Shown piece by piece: positions 43,512 through 61,225 of a DNA stretch of 64,000 nucleotides. Position 1 is the first letter of the stretch. Every line of letters begins with the position of its first letter. A program made the position numbers and the translations under genes. The notes below the pieces were generated by a model. That model did not search any database, was not told where the DNA came from, and saw only the letters and a program-made list of their open reading frames with translations. This stretch comes from the human T2T-CHM13v2.0 reference genome, Homo sapiens, in NCBI RefSeq assembly GCF_009914755.1, contig NC_060939.1; one strand, 5' to 3'.

Positions 43512-46500
43512 AAATTTGTAATAGTTGGTGTATATATTTATCGGGTACATGAGATATTTTGACGCTGGCATACAATGCTTAATAATCACATCAGGGTAAA
43601 TGGAGTATCCATCACCCAAGCATTTATCCTTTGTGTTACAAACAGTCCAGTTATTCTCTCTTAATTATTTAAAAATGTACAATAAATTATTGTTGACTGT
43701 AGTCACCTTGTTTTGCCATCAAATTCTAGATCTTATTAATTCTAATTATATTTTTGTGCTCATTAACCATTACCCCCCACCCACTACCTTTCCCAGCCTC
43801 TGGTAACCATCATTCTACTCTCTATCTCCATGAGTTCAGTTGTTTTCATTTTTAGCTCCCACAAATAAGTGAGAACATCTGAAGCATGTCTTCTGTGCCT
43901 GGCTTATTTCACTTAACATAACGACCTCCAGTTCCATTATCTGATATGAGCGTAGCTAGTCCTGCTCACTTTCAGTTTCTCTTGGTGTGAAATATCTTTT
44001 TCCACCCTTTTACTTTCAGTCTATGTGTCTTTACAGGTGAGTTTATTGCAAGCAGCATATAGTTGAATGAAGTTTTTAAAATTCATTCCACCAATCTATA
44101 TCTTTTAAGTGGAGCTCTTAATCCATTTACGTTCAGCATTAACATTGATATGTGAGGTTTTGATCCTGTTACATTGTGAATTGTTTTCTAGTTGTTTTAT
44201 AAATTTGTTGTTTCTTCTTCTGTCTTTTGGCTTGATGGAATTCTGTTGTGTTGCCATTTGATTCCTTTCTTTTTCTTTTTTTGTGAGTTTGTTTTATAAA
44301 GTCTTTGTGTTTTTTTTTTTAACTTGTGTTGTCATGGTGGTGAATGTCAACCTTTCATTACCACATTTAGGTCTCCTTTGAGCATTTCTTATAGGGCTGG
44401 TTTGGTGGTGATAAATTTTCTCAGGGAAAGACTTTTTCTGGGAAAGAATTTCTCCATTTATGAATCTTAATCTTGCTGGATATAAAATTCTTGGCTGATG
44501 TTTGGTGGTGGTGGTGGTGATACTGATGGTGGTGGTGGTGGTTTTCCTTACTGCACTTTGAAAATGCCAGCTCATTCTCTTCTGGCTTATAAGGATTCTG
44601 CTGAGAAGTCAACTGTTAGTCTGATGGGGTTTTCTTTATAGGTAACTAGATGCTTTTTTTCTTGCTAATTTTAAAATTCTTTCTTTTACTTTGACTTTAG
44701 ACAGTCTGATTATAATATGCTGTGGTGCATATTCCAAGTCCTTTTTGGAATATATTTTCCTCAGGATCTCTAGGCCTCCTCTATGTGAATGTCTAACTCT
44801 CTTGCTAGACTTGGGAAGTTTTCATCAGTTGTTTCCTTAAATAGGTTTTCTAAACTTTCTGATTTTTCTTCCCCCTCAGGAATACCCGTAATTCACAAGT
44901 CCAGTCACTTTATGTAGTCACAAACATCTTGAAGTCTTTGTTCTTTTTTATTCTTTTTAAGTTTTTGTCTGACTGGATTATTTCAAAAGACCTGCCTTAA
45001 AGTTCTGAGATTCTTTCTTCTGTTCAGGCTTGTCTATTGTTGAAGCTTTCAAATGTATTTTGTAATTCCTTCAATGAATTGTTCAGTTCTAGAATTTGTT
45101 TGAAGATATCTATCTCGATAAATTTCTCATTGGTATCCTAAATAGATGTTCTGACTTCTTGGTACTGGTTTTCAGATTTCTCTTGCAATCTCATTGAGCT
45201 TCTTTAAAATCAGTATTTTTAATTCTTTATCTAGAAGTTCAAGGATTTATTTTTGGTTAGGACCTATTGCGGGAGAATTATTGTGTTCCTTTGAATGTGT
45301 CATAATATGTTGCTTTTTCATACTTCCTATATCTTTACATTGGTTTCTGTGCATCTGGAGTAACAGTCACTACTTCTTATTTTTGAATTTGCTTTCATTG
45401 AGTGGGGAGACTTTTTATTGAAGATATGTCTATAATGTTGATTGGATAGGGCGTTTTGGCTTTCCTTCTGGGTATGCGCAGTGGCTTTAAGGATTCTGTG
45501 TGATTTCCTTGGCTACAGATAGCCTTAGTGTTAAATCTGTGGATTTTTCTGTGTGTTAGTGTGCAGTTATTGGTGGAGTCTGTGATGAGGTTTTGCTGGA
45601 GACTGGAATGCCTCATGGGTCCTTCAGTGGTAGTGGTGGTGGGCTAAGTATGTCTATCATTGTGACCTGGTATGTGGTATATGCTGGCACCCATGTTGGT
45701 AGTTCCAGGTAGGCTGATTCTTTGGCCACTGGGTGGCTCTCTCAAATGCCTGTTGTAGTAGAGGTAGACCATGCAGGTGAGCAGACTCTTGACCTACTGG
45801 GAAGCCAGGGTGGTATGGGCAATGGGAATAGCAGTAGTAGTGAGAAGCTCTTCTCATTCACAAGTGTTGTGCCCTTGTTTTATCAGTTGTTGCAATGGGC
45901 TGTGCATGTCAGCCTCCAGGCCAGTAGGTGGCACTTGCAGGTAATAGCCAGCTGTATTGTCAACAGTAGGTTTTATGCCTAACCTCTGTTTCTGAGGACA
46001 AGTGCTTGCACAGGTGTCCCAGATGGTGGATTGAGTTGCAGAATTCTCAGGAACCTGGATCCCCCTAACCTCCACTTCCCTCTGCGGAGTAGGGGCCAAG
46101 CTGAGTGGAGCTGGAGCAGGCAAGCTTGTACTCAGGCCTCCCAATGGTGGGTGCATCTGCCTTCCTTGACGGGGGTGGCAGGGCAGTTCTCAGGCCCCTG
46201 GTGAAATTCTTGGGTGAGGGATGACTGTTGCTATGCCGAAGTCTTAACATGGGTATGGAGGGGCAGTCCCAGCAGCCACAGATGTGGCTTGTGTAAGTGG
46301 GACTTACTTCCTTCTCATGCCCCAGTCCTGGCAGAGTTCCCTCCCACTCCTAACTGTGGCAGCAGATCAGCCTGTTCAGTCATGGCAGTGTTCTGCAACT
46401 CAGTCCAGGGCCTTAGGAGATACAACCCAGCTTAATCCCAAGCCTCCATGGCAGCTCTCCTCCTGCTCAGGTCCCAAGCAGGTAGGGGGATACCCCAGTT

Positions 46501-47070
46501 TCAGTATCAGCTGCCCATACCAGTTTCTCAGTTCTGGTTGCAGGAGTCCAGACTCTTGCTTGAGTCCCAGTTCTTCAAGCCCCAGCCCGAATTTCTGACA
46601 CCAAAGCCTGGCACTGCCACTTGTTCCCAGGACCATCCACAGCTTGTTAAGAGCTGGGATTGAGAATGGCCTCTTACTGTAGCTGCCTATATCTGATGGA
46701 ATGTATGGGACGTCCCTGGAGCAGTTCCTTGTCCAGTCACTCCCCAGGTGAGATCCAGGATTCAGGAGGGTCAAGGTGCTCTCCTACAGCCTGGATTGTA
46801 CAATTCCCCTGTGGAAACATGGACTGCAGAAATACACTCACTCACCCTCTCCCCTACTGGGGATACATTCCTGATTTTCAGCCAGTCCTGGCCACACGGG
46901 TTACCTGTTTTCCTTCTTCTCAGATGTTGAAGTTTCCTTTTGCTTTTCTCTTGAACTCCCATGCTCCCTCTTGGATAATATATTTAAAGTGTGATTGTCT
47001 ACACACAATTTTTGTTCTTCTAAGTGGATGAGATATGCTGGAAATGCTTCTACTCAGCCATCTTGGAGAG
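43512..47070 (-). mobile_element. L1MA-like element: 5'UTR + ORF1 + start of ORF2 fused to the 3' end
   Basis: Minus strand starts ccaagatggctgagtag. ORF1-like peptide HQPRILYPARLRFINGEI (ORF 44294). The L1MA 3'UTR lies at 43512-43937. Confidence 0.8.
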
Positions 47071-47224
47071 AAACTTGAAATTTCTGAAGTTCTGTAGATC
47101 TTATCCTAACTCTGTTTTATTGAAAACTTTAACAATTCCTACATCAATACTATACTGTTTCCCTTGTTGATATTTTGTTGGAAGGATCCCTTCTCATTGT
47201 TCTTTTAAAAAAAAAATTGTTTTT

Positions 47225-47561
<337 letters not shown>

Positions 47562-47699
47562 TTAAATTTGATAAAATTTCTCCTGGGATATTAAATGGCA
47601 TTTCATTGACTTTACAGATTCATTTCAAAAGAATTGTGATTGATATATTTACAGAATTAAGTCTTTGTAGCCAGGTGTGTGTGTATATTATTATTACCA

Positions 47700-47992
<293 letters not shown>

Positions 47993-48271
47993 TAATTAAA
48001 TATTTTTAATAGATAACATATGAAGATGTTCTAGAAAGGATATATAGTGAAATATTACTGCTATGTCCCAGCCCTCCTCCACAGAAGCAACCATTATTTT
48101 TTTCTTATCCTTCTAGAGATATTCTATGCCTGTTCAAGCAAAGAAGTGTGTAAAAATAGCATAATAGGTGTAACAAGCAATCTTAGAGATTGTCATCATC
48201 AGGAGCAGATCCAGCTTTTTTGAGGTCTGCAGTGAAAACTACTTTGGAGGCCTTGTTTAAGACAGTGAGTA

Positions 48272-48401
48272 GCGAGGTGTGGTAATACACACCTGTAATC
48301 CTAGCTATTCAGGAAGCTGAGGCAGAAGGGTTGCTTGAGCCCCGGAGTTTGAGTTCTGCCTGGGCAACTATAGCAAGATTCTGTCTCAAAAATTTTTTTA
48401 A
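48272..48401 (+). mobile_element. Alu monomer (FLAM/FRAM)
   Basis: cacctgtaatcctagcta...ctgggcaac; TSD aagacagtgagta / aagacagtgaata. Confidence 0.7.
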
Positions 48402-49486
48402 AAAGACAGTGAATACCAAACTATGTACAAAATGAGTAGTTATTTAGAACGAGAAAAGAAAGCACAATAAACTAGTTTTTCAAAGCTGATAAACACTACA
48501 AACGTTACCAAAACCCAGAAAAAACAGCACTTTAAAAATATTACCTTATACACGTATGTGTTGTAATATTTGTTTTTGCTGCATTTTGTTTCATTGTCTC
48601 CTCATATGTCAGTGATTTTGTAAGTCATTTTCTATGAAAATAGAAAGCTAATTTGGTCTTTTCCTCCAGTGTTTAAGATATAGTCATTTGAATATGACTC
48701 CACACCTTTGTGTCTCGGTGTTGGGTCCTCTTAGTACAGTGGGCAGAAGGAGTATTCCTGGAAGTCTTCCTATACTGAGACAGTTTAGGTATACACAAAA
48801 GTTTTGGCGAAAACCACATAAATATATCCCACTAAACCCACTAATGGTATATGTAGCTCAATTTCCTCTTGACTTCTCTTAAGTACAAAAATGACTTCAG
48901 CCACTCCATCATGACCTGGCATAAGGGCAAGTCAACATGGAAGCAGCAGCAGTCTTGATGGACTGTGGTTAAAATAGCTTACTATTTGGTGGTTCCTAAT
49001 CTTTTGCTGCTTCAGTGTTCAGGGAATATCCTTATGTCTTTATGCAAATGTGTGAGTGTTTCTGATAGATGAATCTCTTGAGGTGAAATTGCTGTATCAA
49101 AGAGTTTATACAATTTAGATTTTTATAGATATTACTAAATCACCCTATAAAAGATTGTATCAATTTATATCATCACCAATATATATAAGACTGCCCGTTT
49201 CTCATACTCTTGTTATTTGCATATTACTTACATGAGTGAGGTTCAACATCTTTTCTCATATATTAGGAAATTCTGTGTATTTTCATTTTGTGCACTGTCT
49301 ATATCTTTTACTCAGTTTTTATTTGTAATTTTTTTCTTATTAATTTGTTGGAACTTGTATATATTAGGGAAATTAGTTCTGTTATCTGTTTTCCCCCTGT
49401 TCATTGTCTTTTTACTTCATGATAGTTTTTAATTATGTATACTTTTAATTTTTCTATGTAGTCCTCTTGAATATACAAAAACCCCA

Positions 49487-50405
49487 AAACACCAAACTGT
49501 TGTTTTTCCTATTCTCTACTTTCTGCTCAACGCAGAAAACCTCTGTGATCCCAGAATGTGGGGGTTATTTCCCCACACACCAAGCAGTACTTCAGTGGAC
49601 ACCTGCTGTATGTCCTATAATTCAGTTCAGTTCTGACACTACCTACCTTTCTATTTTTCTAATAGAAACAGTACTACTTACTAAATACCGAGTTTATTTC
49701 ATATGTATATTCTTGCCTCCTCACCATTTCCATGTAGAGATATGGCACTGGAGAGAGTGTCATATCTCACAGGTTGAGAGCTCAGGACCACCAGACTACC
49801 ATCTCTCTTCAGGTGGTAGTCCCAAGTCTGGGTCTCCAGAACTTCTGACTGACTAGCTACAGATTGAGGTTCCCATGATCCCCTTGTTGGGTTTTATTAA
49901 TTTGCTAGAGTGGCTCACAGGGCTCAGGGAAATGCTTACTTAAATTTAACCGTTTATTATAAAGGATATTACAAAGTGTTAAACAGCATAGGGCAAGGTA
50001 CGTGGGAAGGGGCATGGACTTTCCATGTCCTCTCTGGGAACCACCCTTCAGGAACCTGCATGAGTTCAGCTACCTAGACGCTCTCCCAAACCCTGTCCTT
50101 ATAAGTTTCTATGGAGGTTTCATTGTGTAGGCATGATTGATTACATCATTGGCCACTGGTGATCAATTGAACCTTGAGCTCATCTCCCCTTCTGGAGTTT
50201 GGGGAATGGAGCTGAAAATTCCAACCCTCTCATGTTTGATTCCACTGTTAGGTAGCCCTCATCTGGAGGCTATCAAGTACCCCATCAAGACTTGTCTTAT
50301 TATAGGACAAAAGTTGCTCCTATCACCCAGGAAATTCCAAGAGATTTAGGGGCTCTGTGTCAGGAAACCAGGATGAAGTCCAAAGGCAGATTTCACAGTA
50401 TCACA
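49487..50405 (-). mobile_element. MER21-like ERV LTR
   Basis: ttcagttcagttctgacact; aatttgctagagtggctcacag; ends ttcacagtatcaca. Confidence 0.7.
49661..49735 (-). pseudogene. Short second copy of the NPM1 3'UTR end, inside an LTR
   Basis: aatagaaacagtactactta...ccatttccatgt aligns with 50734-50809 of the NPM1 pseudogene and is preceded by a T-rich tract. Confidence 0.75.
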
Positions 50406-50721
50406 AGCCAATATGTTTAAATTTTCTTTTGTGACTTCCGAGTTTGTGTCATACTTAGTCCTCCCTCCAAGATTATATTTTTTAAAAATCTCATGTCTTC
50501 TAGTGCTTTTATGGCAGTGTTTGGTTTTAATCATTAAATTTTTGATACGTATGGAATTTACTTTGGTGTAAGAAATGAGATACAAATCCAACATTATTCT
50601 TTCCAAGTGATTACAGTTTCTAGGATTTTTTATTGAGTTATGTATCTTTTCCCTGATGTAATGTGTCACTTCAATCGTATGAGAATTTTCATACATATTT
50701 GCATCTATAGTTGTGCCTCCA

Positions 50722-52315
<1,594 letters not shown>

Positions 52316-52889
52316 CGATTCTTTAATATTTTGTTTCCTTAATAAAATTACATATTTTTCTTCCTAAAGGTTTTATACTTTACTTGTTAGGTACGTATCT
52401 ATTTTATTGTTTTTGTAGTTATGAATTTGGTTTTTAGATTTACATTTTCTGATTTTTTTTTGATACGTAAGAATGTGAATGACAACAAAAAACATGTTAA
52501 TCATTTATTCTGCTAGTTTACCAGAGATTTATATTTCATTCTAATAGTTTTTCAGCTTATTCTTTTGGCTTTTATTTTTCTTTTAAAAATTATTTAAGTA
52601 ATGCAGTAACATTATTAAAGAATCAAACCGTATCAACAAAGTAAACCTCCTCCTTTATTGCCCCTTCCCCATTCCCACCCCTTTCCTCAGAGGATGACTG
52701 TTATTAGTTTAGTGTGTATGCTTCCAGGTGTCTTCAAAAAGCATTTACATACATGTACATCTACAAATAAATTTTTTTCATTAGCAGATATTATATCATC
52801 TAGTTTGCTCTGCAAATTGCTTTTTGTCATTACTGTATTTAAATTTCTCTCTGTTTGTACCTACAGGACTATAATCAGTATTTAAATGC

Positions 52890-53060
52890 CCCAAAGCGAT
52901 GTTTATCAAACTTTAATGTGCCTGCAAACCACCTGGAGATCTTTTAAAATGCTGAAACCGATTCAGAGGGTTTGGGGTGGGGAAACAGAGATTCTGTATT
53001 TCTAATAAGCTCCCAGATGTTGCCAGTGCTATTGGTCCTATACTACACTTTGATTGGGAA
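52890..53060. mobile_element. MER5A-like hAT DNA transposon
   Basis: tcaaactttaatgtgc...cacctggagatctt...ttctaataagctcccag...cacactttga-like ends. Confidence 0.65.
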
Positions 53061-53211
53061 GGCTGTAACATATGCTTTAGACCTATTGTAGTTTGTGTAA
53101 TTATTATTCCTGTTCATGAAATCATTGGGGTCCCTCCCCACTACAGATAGTACAGTAATGCACATTGGAATTTCTCCAGGTGAGAGAGATTTTCTTGAAT
53201 ATTCTGAGTAG

Positions 53212-53805
<594 letters not shown>

Positions 53806-54223
53806 TCTTTTTCTTATTTCCTTAAATTAGCTAGGACGTGCAGTAGAATGTTGAATAGCTTCATCAATAGCTACTCTCTGACAGGAATATGAAATTGGTA
53901 CAGCCTTTGGTAATATTTACCAAAATGTAAAATACAAAAACACCTTGACTTAGTTATTCCCTTTAAGAATCTATTCTTCTAAAACCCTTGCACATGCATA
54001 CAAAGATATGTACAAGGATGCATATTATAGCATTTACCTGTAGTAGAAAAATGAAAAGTAACCTTAAGTGTGCATTAATAGGAGAATAATTACATTGGGA
54101 TATGGTCATACCATTGACCTACTATGCTATATATGTGGCTACATGTATACTAATATGCAGTATTATTAAGAGAGAAATACAAGTTGCAGAAAATTAGTTA
54201 TTGGTTGACTCAGTCTGTATTTT

Positions 54224-54440
54224 ATTTTATTTTTTAGAGATGGGGGTCTTGCTAAGTTGCCCAAATTGGAGTGCAGTGGTGTAATCATAACTCACAGCAG
54301 CTTCGAACTCCTGGGCTCAAGCAGTCTCCTGCCTTTGCCTCCTGAGTGACTGAAACTGTAGGCATGTTCCACATGCCTGGCCAATTTTTTTTTTTTTTTT
54401 TTTTTGTAGAGATAGGGGTCTCACTATGTTGCCTAGACTC
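54224..54440 (-). mobile_element. 5'-truncated AluJ
   Basis: Flanked by the repeated cagtctgtatttta (TSD). Confidence 0.8.
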
Positions 54441-54858
54441 CAGTCTGTATTTTAAAAACAAGTTAAGTGTGTGTGTATATGTGATGTGTTTTAAATACAT
54501 AGAAAAATGTTTGGAGAGTTCACACACCAAAAATATGAATAGTATTTCTCTCTAAGGAGGGTACTGGTGTTGACAGGTAGTTTGAAGCTTGATAAAGAGG
54601 AGGCTTTTATGTTTTCTGTGTTCTGTACACCTTTTATACTGAGTACTTTTCACCTTCTTAACTTTGAAAATGATAAAAAGGAAAGTAGAGAGATGGAGAA
54701 AATAAAGCAAACAATACTGTCAGTTAACAGAAAAATCCAACTGTAGAACAGTAGGGAGAATCAGAGAGCAGGTGAATTCAAACCATCCAGTAGTCAATTT
54801 TCTTAAATAGTCAACAAGCATGGTAAAAAATCAAATGGTACAAAAACATATGTGGTAC

Positions 54859-55438
54859 TGTTACAGTCCTGCCAATGCACCACAGTGTAGCAATCTCTTG
54901 TGAGATATCACCTGGAGTTCAGAGTTCTTTGTCTCAGTGATGAAGAGAATTAAGGGGCGTGGACACAAAGGGTGAGGTTGGAACAAAAGTTTAATAAGTG
55001 AAAGAAGACAGCTCTCCACAGCAGAGAGAGGACCCAGAAGAGGATTGCCGTTTTTACAGTTGAATGCAAAGGCTTTTTAAAAGAAACCAGTGAGGGCTGA
55101 ACATCTCATTTACGTAAGGTGAGAATTTCTGATAGCTCTACCCAGTCCTCCTAATGTGCATGCAGGCGGTTAGCTTGAGTTATTCCATATCGCTTTGTTC
55201 CCCTTACTGCACATGTGTCAGGAGACGGGATTTTCCATTGTGGGCATGTCTGGGCAAGTCACCTGTGTAGCCTTTCTTATCTGTGTGGCTGTGGACATGT
55301 CTTAGGCAAACCTCCCTGTGCAAGTTCCCTTATCTGTGCCTGCAGCTTGATTTTTCAGGTTGTTCTGTTTGAAATAATTCCACTGAGGACCCACCCTAAC
55401 TGCCTGCCTTACCGGTTTCTTCCTTTCTCCTCTCTCAG
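54859..55438 (-). mobile_element. ERV1 solo LTR (MER50-like)
   Basis: Minus strand begins TGAGAGAGGAGAAAGGAAGAAACC...GGGTGGGTCCTC and ends TAACA. Confidence 0.65.
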
Positions 55439-55644
55439 TACTGTGATACCACCCCCATACCTGCTATAGTGGCTTCTCTCTAAAAACAGAAAATAGCAAG
55501 TGTTGGTAAGGATATGGAGAAATTGGAACCCTTTTGCACTTTTGGTACAGCGAAAAGTATAGTTGCTGGTAAAAAGTATGGTGGCGCCTTAAAAAATGAA
55601 AAACTAGAATTACCATTTGAACTAACAGTTCCTCTTCTGGGCAT

Positions 55645-56805
55645 GTTACCAAACTGAACTTCGGTCTGCCCACCCAGTGCAGCAAAGCTAAACACTGACA
55701 TTTGGATTGCTGCAAAGAGAAATGGAGATGTTTATTGCAGGGCACCAAACAAGGAGAATCGGATAGCTCATGCTTAAGACCTGAACTCTCCAATGGCTTG
55801 CAAGCAAGGGTTTATAAAGGCAGGGGGAAATTTCAGGAAGGTAGAAGTTATAGGCAAAATCATAAGGCAATACATGGAGGTTATACATTGGTTTGGCCTA
55901 AAAGGGCGGGAGATCTTGAAGTGGGGTTTACAGGTTGTAGGTAGATTTTCTGATTTGCAGTTCATTAAGGAAGAGAAGTTTTGTTTTAAAATCTGGGGAT
56001 CAGCAGAAAAGAATATTAGTTCTGGCTCATGGGTGTGACTTCTCCCAAGTCCCTCAGGAAGAACTTTAGGACAAAGATATTCAGTCCTCAGTTCCCCCTT
56101 ACCTGATGTGTACATGCCAACAGATCCATTTGGTGGGGTCCAGGTTTCTGAAAAACAACCCAGGGACATGTGTCCATCAATGATAGACTGGATTAAGAAA
56201 ATGTGGCACATATACACCATGGAATACTATGCAGCCATAAAAAAGGATGAGTTCATGTCCTTTGTAGGGACATGGATGAAGCTGGAAACCATCATTCTCA
56301 GCAAACTATCGCAAGGACAAAAAACCAAACACTGCATGTTCTCACTCATAGGTGGGAATTGAACAATGAGAACACTTGGACACAGGAAGGGGAACATCAC
56401 ACACCAGGGCCTGTCATGGGGTGGGGGGAGGGGGGAGGGATAGCATTAGGAGATATACCTAATGTAAATGACGAGTTAATGGGTGCAGCACACCAACATG
56501 GCACTTGTATACATATGTAACAAACCTGCACGTTGTGCACATGTACCCTAGAATTTAAGGTATAATTAAAAAAAAAAAAAGATGTTGCCTTTAGTTTCTA
56601 TAGGGAACAAACATCCCACAACTCTAACTTCCTTGGCTATTGTTTTAAGCTGCTATTACCCTCTTGCTTATCAAGTTGTTCATTTGCTTCTCAGGGCCAG
56701 CTAGGTGCCTGGAACTTCTCTTGAAGGAACTCAAGATTTTCCTTTATTTCCATGCTGGGGGCGGGGGAGGCCCATAGGCCCCTCAAGGGGTTCCTGCTCC
56801 ATCTG
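55645..56805. mobile_element. ERV1 (MER4-group) LTR inserted in L1MB, itself interrupted by L1PA
   Basis: tgttaccaaactgaac... start. L1MB text stops at ttctgggca (55644) and resumes caaaagaattgaaagtagg (56817). Confidence 0.6.
56170..56580 (+). mobile_element. 5'-truncated L1PA (primate) 3' end with poly(A)
   Basis: Little-diverged ORF2 C-terminus (WIKKMWHIYTMEYYAAIKKDEFMSFVGTWMKLETIILSKL), G-rich 3'UTR tract and A-tail. Confidence 0.95.
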
Positions 56806-57468
56806 AGGTCCATGTTCAAAAGAATTGAAAGTAGGTCTCAAAAATATATTTCTACACCCACATTCACAGCTGCATTATTCACAATAACTGAAACATGGAA
56901 ACAACCCAAGTGTACGATGATGAATGAATGGATGTTAGATGTTGTGTATACATACAATATTGAGACATCAAGCAAAGATTAAGTATGTTTAACTTTGTTA
57001 AAGAAGTGGAGCCTATATTTAATAAAGGTTTTTGTGAATTTTTCAAAATAAAAATTGATATATAGAATACAATTTTTCAAAGTTAAGAGCTTTAGACCGT
57101 AAGACCCAAAGTTTGAGGAACATTGCATTACAATTAAATCATGTGATCACAGAGCTAACATGTAAACATGAGCACAAATGTTGGTGCTGAAATTTCATGT
57201 TCATGAAAATTTTACATCATCATAAACATTTAAAAGCAAAATTTAAAATTCATGCAGAAAGTCAGACACTCAAGAGTGGACTTAGGAGAAACAATGATAT
57301 AAAACATTGAATTCTTAAGAAACTTGAGAATCCTTGAAAAAAATTCTACTAATATGCATTGAGCACCTATTTTGGTTTAGGCCACTGGGATTTCAATAGT
57401 AAATAGGGCAGTCAAGGGCTAGAAACAGGAAAGAGTGAGGGACTGTGTGTCAGGAAATGCTTCTTTAA

Positions 57469-57785
<317 letters not shown>

Positions 57786-60558
57786 GAGAAATACTTTTAA
57801 TTAGTATCAGATGGATGAGTACCTGTTAGCTAAATTGAGGGCTAGGGTAAGGAAAAGACAATGAGACTAGGGGCAGGATTGGGATGAAAGGAGAGAAATA
57901 TAATTTCATAGTCAAGTGGAAACATTGTTATAATATTACTTCAAACTTACATCATAAGTTAAGTTATGATGTCACCTGTTTCTCTTGGAGAAGCCTATTC
58001 ACCTTCATTGGAATGGGAAGCTTTCTCAAGAAATGTCAGAGGATTCAAATATATTCTTGCTTTGTTAGTTGAGTCAGTACCAATAGTACACTTGTGATTA
58101 GACTGTCAAACAAAATCCCTGAAGGGATTTCACACTGTTAAATGCTTGGTTTTTATTTGTTTTTATTTGTTGGGTTTTTTTTTTTAAACGGCATAGATGT
58201 AAATTTGTGAATTACAGAAAAGAAGCAGTTTTAACATGAAATGGACAAAATTGATTTCTTTCTCTGCTTACAGAGCTTAATAAGAATTTCAGTCCATAAG
58301 CCTTTCAAATGAAACAATAGAAACTCCAACAATTCAGAGCTAATGTAAATGAAAACGGTTATCTTCCAAATCACAGCATAATAAAGTAACCTTGAATCAT
58401 TGGTGTTGGCCCTATATTGTTATTTATTTGAATTAAATGGCAATTTTCAGCATTATGTAACAGTGATGGAATTAAGTGATGTTTCTAGTAAAAGAATTTT
58501 GCAAGTATAATATATTTTAGTATTAAATTCCACTTGTACATTTAGCAATTAAAATTATTCCTGAAATGATGATGGCATTTGAAGGGATAGGGAGCTGTCA
58601 AAGAGGATTTGAAGCTTAATTATCTCTTTGGTAACAAAATGCATAATCTTCCATTACAACACTTATTTTCTTATGGTAATTGACTCATTTGTTCTCTGGT
58701 TATCAATTTAACTTCCCAACCACAAACATCTGCTCTTACAATTGTGTTTAATTGGTGTGAATACTATCTACAGAGTAGTTAAAATCCAGAAAACATTTTA
58801 AGGGCATTATTTTATAATTCATGAAAGGGAAACTAATGATTAATTGAACATTGCTTATGATGATTTTTTCTAATAGTCTGTGAAAGTCTGTTTACTAAAA
58901 ATGCATACCGAAATTATCTGCTCCCCCCTCCTTTTTTTTTTTTTTTTTTTTTGGAAGAGGCTTTTGCTTTGTTTTCCAGAGTAATTATTTACTCTGCCTT
59001 AGGGGGAGCCTCAGTTCTTGCAGTTCTTTAGACTCAAGGAATATGTTAATGTCTTGGAACATGGTACCTTAGTAGTTAAGAGTATAGGCTTTGAAGGTAG
59101 AAAAAAATTAGTATGCTATCATTTATAATCTAAATAAGAGGATTGGGGACAAATTGTGGGTGTGGGTATGTGCTTATAATTTTCATAATGGAATAATAAA
59201 TCATAAATTTACCAGTAGGGTAAAGGAGGAAATAGGATGAGAGAAACAGGGTTAGAAGGTAGGTAGGTTTGTTTGAATGTACCTTGTCTTTATAGATTTA
59301 AAAATTTACAAAGTAGTTCCTGAAACTGGAAAGTAAAATGAAACAGGCGACTCCAAAGGTGTATCCAGTTGGTAATACAGCCACACAGTAAGTTACAATT
59401 CTAAGTATATGGAATTATAATTCCATGTAAATTTAAAATTGTAATTGGACTATAATGTACCTAGTGGGATTTACTCTAAGGACACAACTGCAAAAAATCT
59501 TTGGTTGTTTTCTTTTATCATATTGTTGGTACAGATGTTTATTCTGAGACTATGGGTGTAGGATAAAGTAAATGAGTAATTATGTTAGTGTCATTGAGAA
59601 CAGATTTTTGGCTTGAGATACAGATGTAAAATTAAGAAGATTCAGCTAAAAGCTACAGTCTTAGACTTAATTGAAAATATCAGTAGGAAATCATGATGAA
59701 GTTTATATTTAAAAAATACAAAATTGCTGACTTTGTCCACAAAAAGGGTCTCAGAGCAATGACCATAAACTGAAGTCCAATAGAGTCATGTGAAAAAGGA
59801 CTCAGGAGCTTTCACTGTGTTCAGGTTTCCTCCATTGGTCAAATATGGGATAGTTTAAGAATCAAAAGAATAATAACCTGAGTGAATTGAAACAAACCAA
59901 ATATATCTTAAACTAAAGGCTCTTAATACTTAAATGAAAAATCCTCAGCAATTACCTTTGGGAGAGGATATTAGAAAACCAGCTCACTGTTTTGAAAACG
60001 TAAGTGAAGGGAAAAAGTCAAGCATTTATTCTGCCCCTTTTCGAAGTACGGTACTTTAGGATAACCAGATAATTGTGGGGTTATCCTAATAATTGAAGGA
60101 ATATAGTAATAAGTAATATAAGGGATGTTTCTCTTTACAGAATGAGTGATAGAATAAGAGTATTACTATTTTGCACCGCCTGATGGGCAATGATAACCAA
60201 AGGCTGTTAACATCACCAAAAGAGAGATAGACACACATGATGAACCTCCTGATAGATGCACATGGAACTGCCTATGAAGTAGTCTCGGGGGAAAAAAAAA
60301 AAACTAGCCTGACTCCAATCAGGGTTCTACATTTAACTGTGAGCTTTCAGAAAGAACATGTTAAATACCACTATGGCAATGTAGTCAGCAAAAGACAGAT
60401 TGCAGGAAAACCTTATATTACAAATGACTTGGTTTCTTAAACAAATTTCAAACAAAAGATAAAGAGGAGTCTGTAGATGGAAAAAAAAACCTAAGAAACA
60501 AATTAACACCAGTGAATGCACCTTGTTTGCCCAATTTGAATAAAGTAGATCATTTTTA

Positions 60559-60853
<295 letters not shown>

Positions 60854-60885
60854 TTAGTGAAATGTGAATACCGACTGGGTAATAG

Positions 60886-61225
<340 letters not shown>

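Noticed and set aside
45657-47031. Dense cluster of ORFs on both strands
   Set aside because: It lies in the GC-richer 5'UTR of the L1 remnant, where stop codons are scarce; no recognisable domains.
55464-56520. ORF cluster up to 148 aa
   Set aside because: It spans LTR and L1PA ORF2/3'UTR sequence.
58200-58920. AT-rich stretch with no repeat I could recognise, as a possible conserved non-coding element
   Set aside because: Conservation cannot be judged from one sequence, and no distinctive structure was seen.
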